From: Geopsychrobacteraceae bacterium
GTDB lineage: Bacteria > Desulfobacterota > Desulfuromonadia > Desulfuromonadales > Geopsychrobacteraceae
Length of the DNA stretch: 64,000 nucleotides
NCBI GenBank assembly: GCA_963662315.1
Contig: OY759353.1
Span: forward strand, 1,440,001-1,504,000
Direction: 5' to 3'
This document shows, one piece after another, positions 18,972 to 29,172 of this stretch; position 1 is the stretch's first letter; each line of letters starts with the position of its first letter. The position numbers and the translations under genes were made by a program. The notes under the pieces are model-generated. The model was not told where the DNA came from, ran no database searches, and saw only the letters and a program-made list of their open reading frames with translations.

Positions 18972-19919
18972 TCAAGGTTCTACTTTGACCTGAGAACGCA
19001 TTTCTTTCATCATTTCATTAATTTTGGACTGACTTGCAACCAGCCGGGCCAGCCGTTGCAACTCCAAATAAAACTGTTCCATCTCGTCATGACCGACAAC
19101 GCTGCCGATGGAAGAAAAAGCTTTTTCGACCTGTGCGGCACCAAAGGTCCCGAGATAGGTCCCGGCAATGGTTTTCAAAGAATTAAGGACAAACTGTTTA
19201 CGCCGTTCACTCTGCTGTTGATTCTGGTTAACAACTTCACGTTCCTTACCGTTCTGCTCATCAAGCAGGGCCTGGCGAACACGCTGCCAGATAGGATGTA
19301 AATCCGCTGAAGCCATCAGATCAGCCAGAATCAACTGGTCAACTGACTGAACTTCTAGGATGTCTATTCGGCTATCAGGGTCGAGGGCCACCGACTTGCT
19401 CAAGTCCGCTTCCACCTCGATATCTTTTCCTTTATCATGAAAAAATCCCAGCGGGTATCCATGATCAAAAAAGATCAGCGAACAGCGCTCCGGCGAATAA
19501 ACGCGTAAACAAGCAGTGGTCTCGTTCTCCTTCAGATAATCGAGAAGCGCCTTAACATCAAAATGTTGCAAATCCTTTTGCTGCTGAAGATAGCGACCAT
19601 GAAGCAGAACATGGACATAAGGGACCAGATCAGCCGCAACCCGATAGATGTTCAGAGAGGCAAACCCGCGAATTGATAGTTCAAAAATACGTGCAATTGC
19701 ATCGTAAGCGATCAGTCTTAACTTTTGATCGGGAGAAACAAAGATCGAACTTATCAGCTGACCATCCTTAAAAAGAACAACGCCATCCCCGAAGTCAGAA
19801 GTAAACATCAGGTAACCGGAAAAATCACCGCCGCGCAACTTCCCCATGGCTTCAGGCAGGTTGATTCTGGCGGGATTGACATTTTGCCCGACCGGCAGAC
19901 CTTTAGGTAGACGAATCAT
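18972..19919 (-). CDS. Hypothetical protein with two internally similar PATAN/DUF4388-like units
   Basis: FSGYLMF...GVVLFKDGQLI and TTACLRV...SLIFFDHGYPL segments, followed by a helical C-terminus. Confidence 0.7.
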   Translation of the reverse strand: MIRLPKGLPVGQNVNPARINLPEAMGKLRGGDFSGYLMFTSDFGDGVVLFKDGQLISSIFVSPDQKLRLIAYDAIARIFELSIRGFASLNIYRVAADLVPYVHVLLHGRYLQQQKDLQHFDVKALLDYLKENETTACLRVYSPERCSLIFFDHGYPLGFFHDKGKDIEVEADLSKSVALDPDSRIDILEVQSVDQLILADLMASADLHPIWQRVRQALLDEQNGKEREVVNQNQQQSERRKQFVLNSLKTIAGTYLGTFGAAQVEKAFSSIGSVVGHDEMEQFYLELQRLARLVASQSKINEMMKEMRSQVKVEP

Positions 19920-20010
19920 GGTCTTTTACAGCGCTCCAGAAAAGAAATTTTTCCAAATGTAAGAATAATCAGACAATCTGTCAACATAACATCTTTACCT
20001 GCTCAGAAGA

Positions 20011-21936
20011 TCAGAATGCAGACTCCTGCAGCTGCTCCCATTGGTCATATGCTTTCTCAAGCCTATCTTTCAGTTTTACATGCTGCACGGAAACATCTCG
20101 CCAGCGCTCCTGATCCTGATACAGCTCCGGATCTGCCATGGTTTGCTCTAGCCCGGCCAGCTCCCCTTCCAATAGTTCTATCCGGCCTTCAACTTCAGCG
20201 AGTTCACGCAAACGTTTTTGCTCTTTGCGCTGTTTTTCCTTGCGTGTCTGATGCTCCAGAATCCTGGTTTCCTTATCGGCAACCGGTGCCATCTCTGACT
20301 TGGTCAGCTGCTGTTCTACCCGCTGGATACTGTGACTGCTGTCCCCAAGAGACTGTTTGGCGCGCAGAAAATCTTCATAATTACCAAAAAAAGATTCAAC
20401 CTTGCCGTGACCGACTTCAAGCACCCGGGTCGCCAACTCATCGACAAAGTAGCGGTCGTGAGAAACGAAGATAATCGTTCCCTTATATTTTTTCAAAGCT
20501 TCAAGTAAAATTTCCTTAGAGTGCAGATCAAGGTGGTTGGTCGGTTCGTCAAGCAGCAGCAGATTGGCAGGCCGCAATAACAGTTTGGCGAGAGCCAGCC
20601 GGTTTCGCTCCCCGCCGGAGAGCACTCGTACAGGCTTTTCAATATCATCGCCTGAAAAAAGAAACGAACCGAGTATATTCCTCAGCTTCGGCACCATCGC
20701 CACAGGCGCATCAGCAGATAACTCGCTATAAACATCTCTGGTGGGGTTCAGCTCGGCCGCCTGATCCTGAGCAAAATAAGCCAGAGCCAGATTATGCCCC
20801 TCTTTCCGCACCCCGGACACAGGTTGTTCAACACCCGACAACAAACGCATCAGGGTAGACTTCCCAGCGCCATTGGGTCCAACCAGAGCAACACGCTCCC
20901 CCTGCTCAACAAGGACATCTACCTGGTCCAGTACGGTAAGTAATCCGTAACGCTGCACCGCTTTTTCAAGTTCAATGGCAGTCCGTCCTCCCTTGGGAGG
21001 CGTTGGAAACTGAAAAGCGATTTTTTTCCGTTCCGGCGGTAGTGAAATACGTTCAATTTTCTCCAGCTGCTTAATCCGGCTTTGCACCTGGGATGCCTTA
21101 TTGGCCTGGTAGCGGAAGCGATTTATGAAAGCTTCAACCCGCGCGATTTCCTCATCCTGCTGAAGTTTAGCCGCTTTCAGCGCTGCCACACGTTCATCCC
21201 TGGCCGTAATATAACGACTGTAGTTGCCAGGATATTCAGTGAGCTCACCGTTCCAGATTTCGACAATGCGTCCGACAACGCGATCAAGAAAATAACGATC
21301 GTGAGAAACCAGGACCACACCATGAGGATAATTGGACAGATAATCTTCAAGCCAGTCACGGGCCGGCAGGTCAAGGTGGTTGGTCGGTTCATCAAGCAGT
21401 AACAGATTGGGCTGTTGCAACAGTAACTTGGCCAGAGCTATCCGCATCTGCCAGCCACCAGAAAATTTTTCACACGCCTTACCGAAATCAGTTTCACTGA
21501 ATCCCAGACCATGCAACACGCGGCCAACCTCGGATTCCATACGATAGCCGCCCCGCTGTTCAAACAGGCTTTGCAGTTCAGCATAACGTTCGAGTTCTTC
21601 ATTCGATGGCGAACTGGCTATCTGCGTTTCCAGTTGCCGCAACTCAGCTTCCATCTGCTGTAATTCAGCCAAGGCACTTTGAGCTTCAGCAAACAGACTG
21701 CGCCCTTTATGAACCAGTCCATCCTGGGGAAGATACCCAACAGTGGTCCCCTTGGCGGTCTGATAATGGCCGCCATCACTTTCAACCAGGCCCGCCAGTA
21801 ATTTAAGCAGGGTCGATTTACCAGCTCCGTTCTCACCACATAACCCGATTTTGTCCGTTGGTCGGATATGCCAGTTAATTCCGGCAAAAATACGCCGATC
21901 GGCAAAATACTTTTCAACATCTTTTAACTGCAGCAT
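20011..21936 (-). CDS. ABC-F family ATPase (two ABC domains, C-terminal coiled coil)
   Basis: GENGAGKS/FSGGWQMR/LLDEPTNHLD and GPNGAGKS/LSGGERNR/LLDEPTNHLD, with no TM segments. Confidence 0.95.
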   Translation of the reverse strand: MLQLKDVEKYFADRRIFAGINWHIRPTDKIGLCGENGAGKSTLLKLLAGLVESDGGHYQTAKGTTVGYLPQDGLVHKGRSLFAEAQSALAELQQMEAELRQLETQIASSPSNEELERYAELQSLFEQRGGYRMESEVGRVLHGLGFSETDFGKACEKFSGGWQMRIALAKLLLQQPNLLLLDEPTNHLDLPARDWLEDYLSNYPHGVVLVSHDRYFLDRVVGRIVEIWNGELTEYPGNYSRYITARDERVAALKAAKLQQDEEIARVEAFINRFRYQANKASQVQSRIKQLEKIERISLPPERKKIAFQFPTPPKGGRTAIELEKAVQRYGLLTVLDQVDVLVEQGERVALVGPNGAGKSTLMRLLSGVEQPVSGVRKEGHNLALAYFAQDQAAELNPTRDVYSELSADAPVAMVPKLRNILGSFLFSGDDIEKPVRVLSGGERNRLALAKLLLRPANLLLLDEPTNHLDLHSKEILLEALKKYKGTIIFVSHDRYFVDELATRVLEVGHGKVESFFGNYEDFLRAKQSLGDSSHSIQRVEQQLTKSEMAPVADKETRILEHQTRKEKQRKEQKRLRELAEVEGRIELLEGELAGLEQTMADPELYQDQERWRDVSVQHVKLKDRLEKAYDQWEQLQESAF

Positions 21937-22011
21937 TAATTCTATCCCACTTTCTCAAATAAACGCAGATGGTTATAGCACATCAACGCCACTTAAAAAA
22001 AGCAGCTGAAT

Positions 22012-22046
22012 AAAAAAGAGGCTCTCACCTAGAGAACCTCTTTTTT
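22012..22046 (-). terminator. Rho-independent terminator of the cytidylate-kinase-like gene
   Basis: Minus strand AAAAAAGAGGTTCTC-TAGGT-GAGAGCCTCTTTTTT. Confidence 0.75.
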
Positions 22047-22073
22047 AATTCATTCAACACAAACAGATTAATC

Positions 22074-22212
22074 GTTCATCGAGTTGCAGATTTGGAAACG
22101 AGCAATTCTTCGCAAAGTCAGGAAAATCAAACTTTTGTGCTCAGTCGTAGTTCTTTACGCCGTACAAAGCAAAGACACAGATTGAGCAGGAATTGCGGTA
22201 TTCAGACAGAAC
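22074..22212. repeat. Nested imperfect palindrome, possible REP/MITE-like interspersed element
   Basis: Nested arms GCAATTCTT/AGGAATTGC, AATC/GATT, TTTGTGC/GTACAAA and CGTAG/TTACG. It lies between a stop codon and its terminator. Only one copy in the window. Confidence 0.45.
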
Positions 22213-22908
22213 CTAGGTGAAGTACCGCGTCATATAGACATCCGCCAACGCTGCAAGATTCTCTATCGACATGCGACTGTTGTTAAAAACCAAATGATAT
22301 AATCTGGAATCGTCCAGGTTGTCACAGGCAAAGCGTCTGACAAAATCATCGCGCTGTTTCTGATGCAGTTCTATATATCGTTTTGCCTCTTCTTCATCAA
22401 AGTTGTGCACCTTCATAATTTTCTGGCAACGGAAACTAAATGGTGCGACCAGACGAAGATGAATACAATTTGGCAAATCCTGGGTTACACAGGTTGCTCC
22501 GCGTCCAACCAGGATACAATTTCCCCGTTTGGCAAAACCACGAATGACTGCGCGCATGTGGGTAAAAACTTCTGTTTCTTCGGCAACCTTATGGTCAAGA
22601 AACATGGAGAAAATCGCTTTTAACGACGCTGGAGTATCCTGTGACTTCTCAATCTGATCAACCGGGTATCCAGACAATGTAGCAACTTCATCCAGAATCT
22701 GCCGTCCGATAACAACCCATGGTTCACCAGCAACCCGGGCGTTTAAACGCCGAGCCAATTCTTCCGCCAGAGGATAGGCCTGGCAGCCAAATTCTCTGGT
22801 AATCGTAAAACAGGGAGCAGGCTTATCTTTGTCGGCAATTGCCTGAATCTGATGCCAGGCGTGCAATTTTGCTTCAAGTTGCGGTGTCCAAAAACTTTTA
22901 ACAGCCAT
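22213..22908 (-). CDS. Cytidylate kinase-like family protein
   Basis: FTITREFGCQA...LA, ILVGRGA, HLRLVAP and YHLVFN patterns. AAGGAGG RBS. Confidence 0.85.
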   Translation of the reverse strand: MAVKSFWTPQLEAKLHAWHQIQAIADKDKPAPCFTITREFGCQAYPLAEELARRLNARVAGEPWVVIGRQILDEVATLSGYPVDQIEKSQDTPASLKAIFSMFLDHKVAEETEVFTHMRAVIRGFAKRGNCILVGRGATCVTQDLPNCIHLRLVAPFSFRCQKIMKVHNFDEEEAKRYIELHQKQRDDFVRRFACDNLDDSRLYHLVFNNSRMSIENLAALADVYMTRYFT

Positions 22909-23101
22909 AGACGCCTCCTTTCCCGATTCGCCGTTGTGAGTGAAATGTGACGCTATATTAACAGTATAGCGAAGTTTCGCTATTTTTCTTAAAAACTCAA
23001 GAAGAAAGCAGATTCATGACCAAACATCAATGCGTGCGGCAGCCTGCACCAATAAAAATGAAGCTTTTTATAAAAAGTGAATATCACAAAAGATATTTCT
23101 C

Positions 23102-23110
23102 TGATATAGT
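23102..23110 (+). promoter_or_regulatory. Putative extended -10 promoter for rne
   Basis: TGATATAGT (TGn-TATAGT) in an AT-rich tract about 230 nt before the rne ATG. Confidence 0.45.
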
Positions 23111-23340
23111 TCGCAATTAACAGAGTTTTACTCGAGCCTCCGCCCTGTACAACGCGTTGAGGCCGGTTAAACATAGCAACACGAGTTTTGACCCCGGTAA
23201 CAAACAAGCAGTTACCGGCCAGTCGTCAATTAAAATTTCCGGAGAATGACAACAGGACCCCGCAACGGCGGAGAGGTCCACATTAGCGTTGTAATTCCGG
23301 CAGAACCCGCGATGATGCGGACAGAAAGGTTTGACAATTA

Positions 23341-26214
23341 ATGAGTAAGAAGATGCTGATCAACGCCTCCCACCCGGAGGAAAATCGGGTGGCGATCGTT
23401 GTTGACGGGATTTTGAGCGAGCTCGACATTGAGATCGCAGGGCAGGAACAGAGCAAGGGTAATATCTATAAAGCGGTTGTGGTCCGTGTTGAAACGGGTC
23501 TGCAAGCCGCTTTTGTTGATTATGGCGCAGAAAAGCTCGGCTTTTTGCAGATCGGAGAACTTCATCCGAATCTGTACCCACCCAAAGATGAGACCAAAGG
23601 TCGCCCGCGTATTGCTGACATTCTTAAGCGGGGTCAGGAGATACTGGTACAGATCGTTAAAGAAGAACGTGGCAACAAAGGCGCTGCCTTAACTACTTTT
23701 CTGTCGATCCCCGGCCGCTACATGGTTCTCATGCCCGACAGCACGACCAAAGGTGTATCGCGCAAAATAGCTGATGATACCGAGCGCAAAAAACTTAAAA
23801 AGACCATGGCGGAGCTGGACCTGCCGGAACGGATGGGATACATCGTCAGAACCGCCGGTATCGGTAAAGACAAAGATGAACTGAAGCGAGATTTTGATTA
23901 TCTGGTACGACTGTTTGAAGGGATTACAGCACATAAAGATCAGATCAAAGCCCCAGCTCAACTGTACCAGGAATCCAATCTGGCCATTCGTTCAATCCGC
24001 GACTATTTCACAACTGACATCGATGAAGTTCTCATTGACTCCCAAACTGTCTATCAGGATGCCAAAGACTTTTTTTCTTTGGTCATGCCGGAACTGGGGC
24101 ACCTGGTCAAGCAACACCGGGAAAGACGACCAATTTTTTCCCGTTATCAGATTGAAGAACAGATCGACGCTCTGGCCAAAAATCAGATTGCACTCCCCTC
24201 TGGTGGGTCGATCGTGATTGATCAGACAGAAGCTCTCGTTGCAATCGATGTTAACTCAGGAAAAATGGCGAGTGAAAGCGGGATTGAAGCAACAGCGCTG
24301 AAAACCAACCTTGAAGCCGCTACAGAAGTCGGCCGCCAGTTACGCTTGCGAGACCTGGGTGGTCTTATTGTCATTGACTTCATTGATATGCGAGATCGCA
24401 AGAATACTCGTGAAGTAGAACAAGCTCTGCGCAAAGCTTTAAAAAACGACAAAGCAAAAGTATCTGTCGGCCGTATCAGTCAGTTTGGATTACTTGAAAT
24501 GAGTCGTCAGCGGCTTAAGCCAGTTCTCAGCGTCGGATCCTTCCTCCCCTGCCCTCACTGTAAAGGAGCGGGCAAAATAAAAAGTGCTGAAGCACAAGCC
24601 GTAACGCTGCTGCGCCAAATCCACACGGCGGCGTCCAAGGGGCATATCGCCTACATTGACGCTACCGTGCCAATGGAAGTGGCTAACTACCTGCTTAACC
24701 AGAAACGCGCGACCATCGTTACGCTCGAAAAGCAACTTGAGCTGGAAATTACTATTCTGGGTTCCAGCAAACTGCTGCCAGGCGAAATTGAAGTAGAAAC
24801 ACGCAAGAAAGAAAAAGAGCAGGAAAATGACCGGCAGATCGCTCCAATATCCCATGCCAACCAGATTGAAGTCGCTCTGGCGGCTCAGCAGGAGGAGCAG
24901 GATAGCTCAGCACTACAAAATGACGAAGCAGACACAGTTGACCAAGACGAGTTGACAACTGAAGCGATTCCAGAGTCTCAGCAGGAGCCAGTGAAAAAGA
25001 AACGTCGCAGGCGGCGGCGTAAGCCTTCTGCAAAAAGCACGGACATCAAAGGTGAGGATCAACCCGATAGTACAGGGTTGCCACAGGCCGAAACTGCTGA
25101 AGATAGCGCAGCAACCCAAGAAGATCAGCCTGTTGCTACCGCGGATACCGCTAATGCCATAGGGCATTCAACAGAGCTTAATGAACCCGCTATAACTGCT
25201 ACTGACAGCCCACTACCTGCCCCTGTCGTTGATGAAGAGAAAAAGCCCCGGCGGCGGTCAAGACGTCAGTCGCGCAAAAAGCCGGCCGGAGAAATTGCGG
25301 CCCCTAAACAAGAAGAAGGGGTTCCAGTTTCAGCTACCGAGTCAACCACGGAAAAACCTGAAACGCAAATATCTGATGCACAACCGGAAACCCCGAAAAA
25401 CACAGCAGTACCTGAGGTCGGACAAGCTGCGACTGAGGAAAAACCAAAACGGCGTAGCCGAAGAACATCTTCTTCAGTCAAAACGAAACATCAGGACACG
25501 ACAGTAGCTTTGTCCCAGGAATCAGATACAGCTCCAACCACTTCAGGTGTTAAGCGATCAAACGATGATACCCCCAAAACAAGCATTGCTGCGACCTCAG
25601 AACCAAAGGAACAGAAAACGGCCGACCCAGTCCAGACATTGACAGAGACAGCAAAGGGTATACCCGCAGATGGAGAGGTTGAAAAAACTGCCGCGGAAAA
25701 ACCAAAACGCAGGACCAGACGCTCACCCCAAAAAACAACGGCTGAGAAAATTACCCAAACAGTCGCTGCACCAGAAGAAAAACCTGTGACAGCAGCCGTA
25801 AATGAAGCCGCAGAGAATCCGAAACGCAGAAGCTCGGCAACTCGGACAAAAACTGCAGCACCTATCGAGAGGACTGTAATCAAACCGGTCGAAACGGAAA
25901 CGGTCGCACCTAAAGCCCAACCAGTCACAGCAACGGATACAGCGACAGCGGGATCACTTGCAGCAGTTAAGTCAACCGGTCAAGCTTCGCCAGAACTTCA
26001 AAAATCTGCCCCTGGCGAAGAAAAACCAAAGCGACGGAGCAGAAGAACAACGGCCAAAACGAAAAGTGCCACAGATTCTACCGTAAAGGCAGCTGAACCC
26101 TCTGCAGACACAGCCGCCGAGGAGAAGCCAAAACGTCGCACGCGAAAAACGACCACAAAAACCAAAACTGCAGTGGCGCCGGACGATGCGCCATCAGAAC
26201 CTGCCGCAGAATAA
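23341..26214 (+). CDS. rne: Ribonuclease E with a long disordered C-terminal region
   Basis: GNIYK...LQAAFVDYG (S1 domain), AIDVNSG, RQLRLRDLGGLIVIDFIDM, GLLEMSRQR and the Zn-link CPHC, followed by about 450 aa of low-complexity tail. Confidence 0.95.
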   Translation: MSKKMLINASHPEENRVAIVVDGILSELDIEIAGQEQSKGNIYKAVVVRVETGLQAAFVDYGAEKLGFLQIGELHPNLYPPKDETKGRPRIADILKRGQEILVQIVKEERGNKGAALTTFLSIPGRYMVLMPDSTTKGVSRKIADDTERKKLKKTMAELDLPERMGYIVRTAGIGKDKDELKRDFDYLVRLFEGITAHKDQIKAPAQLYQESNLAIRSIRDYFTTDIDEVLIDSQTVYQDAKDFFSLVMPELGHLVKQHRERRPIFSRYQIEEQIDALAKNQIALPSGGSIVIDQTEALVAIDVNSGKMASESGIEATALKTNLEAATEVGRQLRLRDLGGLIVIDFIDMRDRKNTREVEQALRKALKNDKAKVSVGRISQFGLLEMSRQRLKPVLSVGSFLPCPHCKGAGKIKSAEAQAVTLLRQIHTAASKGHIAYIDATVPMEVANYLLNQKRATIVTLEKQLELEITILGSSKLLPGEIEVETRKKEKEQENDRQIAPISHANQIEVALAAQQEEQDSSALQNDEADTVDQDELTTEAIPESQQEPVKKKRRRRRRKPSAKSTDIKGEDQPDSTGLPQAETAEDSAATQEDQPVATADTANAIGHSTELNEPAITATDSPLPAPVVDEEKKPRRRSRRQSRKKPAGEIAAPKQEEGVPVSATESTTEKPETQISDAQPETPKNTAVPEVGQAATEEKPKRRSRRTSSSVKTKHQDTTVALSQESDTAPTTSGVKRSNDDTPKTSIAATSEPKEQKTADPVQTLTETAKGIPADGEVEKTAAEKPKRRTRRSPQKTTAEKITQTVAAPEEKPVTAAVNEAAENPKRRSSATRTKTAAPIERTVIKPVETETVAPKAQPVTATDTATAGSLAAVKSTGQASPELQKSAPGEEKPKRRSRRTTAKTKSATDSTVKAAEPSADTAAEEKPKRRTRKTTTKTKTAVAPDDAPSEPAAE

Positions 26215-26254
26215 AATAATCGCCCGGAGCTAATAGCCCCGGGCGATTATTTTT
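26213..26254. terminator. Bidirectional terminator between rne and the dynamin gene
   Basis: AAAATAATCGCCCGG...CCGGGCGATTATTTT. Confidence 0.8.
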
Positions 26255-26281
26255 GTTGGACAGGTATTATTCCAGGCCAAT

Positions 26282-28081
26282 TCAGGGCTGAACGCTAACA
26301 GTGTTCAGCAGTCCATCAATTGTTTTAAGCGCTTTGCTGAACACCAATTCCTGGCGACTGTTTTCAGATGTCAACGCTTCGTTTTGACGTAACGCTATTT
26401 CCATGGCCTGTCTGGTCCCCTGAATGGTTTTGTCCAATTCACTGTTTAACTGAACCCGATACGTGCGGAAACTTTCATCAAGTCCCTGCCTTAATGCCCA
26501 AGCGATCTGTTCAACATTCAACCCGATCAGTTTCAAAGCTTCCTGCCGTAAGCGCTGCACTGTCTTTTTGTGGCGATACTTTTTAGTAAAAAATTTACGT
26601 GACAATTTCTGCCCCAAAGGGTCCATGTCTGAAATAAACAGATCACTACTCCACCCAGGAATATCAAAGTTGACAATTGCCTGACCAGCTTTAGGTGCAT
26701 GGTAGGGAATCGCGAACAGATCCGCAGCAACCTTTCGGACTTTTTCAATCAGGTCATCACAACGTTGCTGATGCAACTGTAACAATTTGACCGCCTCATG
26801 ATGAATGCTCTCCACTGTTGCGCGCATAGCCGGGGTAAAAACAACAGGAATCTTATCAACCAGAACCTGCCGACACAGGCGTTCAAGCTCTTCAGTGTCA
26901 TCAACACTTTGCAGCAAATTATCAACCGGCTTAAGAATCTTTTCTTTCGCCACAGAGCGCACATCATTAATTTTGCCATTCAAAATAGCCACAGCACGTG
27001 CATGATCCCCTTCAAGGACATCATCTGCCGCCTGTTTCTCTCGTTCAATAGCAGGTAGCGCATTACGAAACTGTGAAATTTTGTTATTCAGTTCTTCTTC
27101 AGTCAACTGCAGAGCAGTTATAGAGAGTTTCAGGCGCAGCTGAATATTCAGCAACTGGTCATGTAAGCGACGTTGCAGCGATTCAAAAAGAACCTGCTTT
27201 TTTTCCGCCGCAAAAAATTCAATCAGACTGTTTTCGACCTCGTACATACCACTTCGTACCCAGCCGCTGTTATCATGCGCCAGCCTGGCACGCAGTCCAT
27301 TACGCGCAGAAATCGGGATAATATGAGGAACCGCCTGACATAACGGCTTAAGCTGATCAGCAAGAAAATTCAGCGAGGCAACTCGCTCCCTATCGTCGAG
27401 ATTATCGACTTTATTCAGCAGGAAGAAGGTCCGCGGCAGATGTTGCCGGATATCCTGAAGATAACTCAGTTCTGCTTCAGTAATAGGCGGATCGGCTGAC
27501 ACCAGAAATAAGGCGGCATCACAGTGGGGCAGAACCTGGTAGGCCACCTCAGTGTTGTGCTTATGGGTGGATCCGATGCCGGGGGTATCTATCAGAACTA
27601 CGCCCTGCTTCAGGATAGCTGCAGGATAACCAACTTCGACCCTATCCACGCCCAACTGGTTCTGGGGGTTTCCTGCCTCGGTTGCATATTTGCTCAAATA
27701 AGCAGCCAGAGAAAGCTTTCCGTCAGCCTCGAAACGCGCCGGTTCAATCTTGTCGTTTATAAAAAATACAGTTACCGAAGCAGTATTGGCCGCTTTTATA
27801 TAGGTCGGGATCGCTGTAACCGGCAAGATATCCGTTGCAAGCAGATCTGCTCCAAGAAGAGCATTCAGCAGGGTACTTTTGCCACGCTTAAACTGTCCCA
27901 GTACGGCAAGACGAAAAGTCCCGACCTGAAAACGCTCCTGCAACTGATCCAGGTTCGCCAAAGCGTCATCATAATCAGGACTGAAATCCGCCAGGCACTG
28001 ACGTGCCTGCTCAAGTAATTGTCCTAGGTTAGCATCCCCATCCGTGGCAGACGATACGGATGGCGGTACAGCTTCGTTCAT
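26282..28081 (-). CDS. Bacterial dynamin-like protein
   Basis: G1 GQFKRGKS, G2 LPVTAIPT, G3 DTPG, G4 LNKVD, PISA, and a long helical C-terminus. Confidence 0.9.
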   Translation of the reverse strand: MNEAVPPSVSSATDGDANLGQLLEQARQCLADFSPDYDDALANLDQLQERFQVGTFRLAVLGQFKRGKSTLLNALLGADLLATDILPVTAIPTYIKAANTASVTVFFINDKIEPARFEADGKLSLAAYLSKYATEAGNPQNQLGVDRVEVGYPAAILKQGVVLIDTPGIGSTHKHNTEVAYQVLPHCDAALFLVSADPPITEAELSYLQDIRQHLPRTFFLLNKVDNLDDRERVASLNFLADQLKPLCQAVPHIIPISARNGLRARLAHDNSGWVRSGMYEVENSLIEFFAAEKKQVLFESLQRRLHDQLLNIQLRLKLSITALQLTEEELNNKISQFRNALPAIEREKQAADDVLEGDHARAVAILNGKINDVRSVAKEKILKPVDNLLQSVDDTEELERLCRQVLVDKIPVVFTPAMRATVESIHHEAVKLLQLHQQRCDDLIEKVRKVAADLFAIPYHAPKAGQAIVNFDIPGWSSDLFISDMDPLGQKLSRKFFTKKYRHKKTVQRLRQEALKLIGLNVEQIAWALRQGLDESFRTYRVQLNSELDKTIQGTRQAMEIALRQNEALTSENSRQELVFSKALKTIDGLLNTVSVQP

Positions 28082-28169
28082 TTAACACACCTACATGTAT
28101 AATTTGGAAAAAAGCAAATAAAAGTTCGTCCGTGACGATTGAATAGTTACTTAGAATAACACAGATCGA

Positions 28170-28199
28170 CTGGAGGACTGAAGCGATTCAGCCCTCCAG
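28170..28199 (-). terminator. Hairpin downstream of cysK
   Basis: Minus strand CTGGAGGGCTGAA-TCGC-TTCAGTCCTCCAG, with no strong U-tract. Confidence 0.5.
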
Positions 28200-28212
28200 A
28201 AAGAAAATCGGA

Positions 28213-29172
28213 TCAGGACAAGATATCTGAATAGAGGTCGCTGCTCAGATAACGCTCCCCGGAATCAGGCAGGATAACGACAATATGTTTATCTTGATAT
28301 TCAGGCATGGCAGCCAATCGCGCAGCAACTGCAGTCGCAGCCCCACAGGAAATCCCCGCCAGAATCCCCTCTTCCCGAGCCAGGCGCCTGGCAAAGGTAT
28401 AAGAATCGTCATTGCTGACGGTTTCAACCCGGTCAATCAGGCTGAGATCCAAGGTTTCAGGAAGGAATCCGGCTCCGATCCCCTGGATTTTGTGGGGGCC
28501 GGGTTGGAGCATTTCTCCAGCGAGATGCTGACTGATAACCGGGCTATCTTCCGGCTCAACAGCAACCACGGTGATATTTTTGCCGCACTCCTGCTTGATG
28601 TAACGCGCGATACCACTAATGGTACCACCGGTGCCAACACCGGCAATAAGAACATCAACCTGACCGTCAGTATCTGCCCAGATTTCGGGCCCGGTCGTTT
28701 TGAAATGAGCTTGAGGATTTGCCGGATTGCGAAACTGATTGAGAAGAAGATACTGTTCCGGATATTCACCGGCCAGACGCTCGGCCTCGGCAACGGCCCC
28801 CGACATCCCTTTGACACTCGAGGTCAATAACACGTTGGCACCTAATACTTTAAGAATTTTACGCCGCTCCATACTCATGGTTTCTGGCATCGTCAGAGTC
28901 AACGTGATTCCTTTGGCTGCGGCAACAAACGCCAGAGCAATACCGGTATTACCACTGGTAGGTTCAATAATCTCCATACCAGGCTTAAGAACACCGCGCT
29001 CAATAGCATCGTTAATCATGGCTGCGCCAATACGACACTTTACTGAATAAGCCGGGTTACGTCCTTCGATCTTACCATAGACATTCGCTGTGGAAGGTGG
29101 GACAACTTTATTAAGTCGGACCAGGGGGGTTGCGCCTATCGCCAAAGAATTGTCCGCAAAAATACGAGCCAT
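28213..29172 (-). CDS. cysK: Cysteine synthase A
   Basis: [11 protein letters not shown] (PLP lysine), [27 protein letters not shown] and [12 protein letters not shown] 29172 follows AGGAG. Confidence 0.95.
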   Translation of the reverse strand: MARIFADNSLAIGATPLVRLNKVVPPSTANVYGKIEGRNPAYSVKCRIGAAMINDAIERGVLKPGMEIIEPTSGNTGIALAFVAAAKGITLTLTMPETMSMERRKILKVLGANVLLTSSVKGMSGAVAEAERLAGEYPEQYLLLNQFRNPANPQAHFKTTGPEIWADTDGQVDVLIAGVGTGGTISGIARYIKQECGKNITVVAVEPEDSPVISQHLAGEMLQPGPHKIQGIGAGFLPETLDLSLIDRVETVSNDDSYTFARRLAREEGILAGISCGAATAVAARLAAMPEYQDKHIVVILPDSGERYLSSDLYSDILS

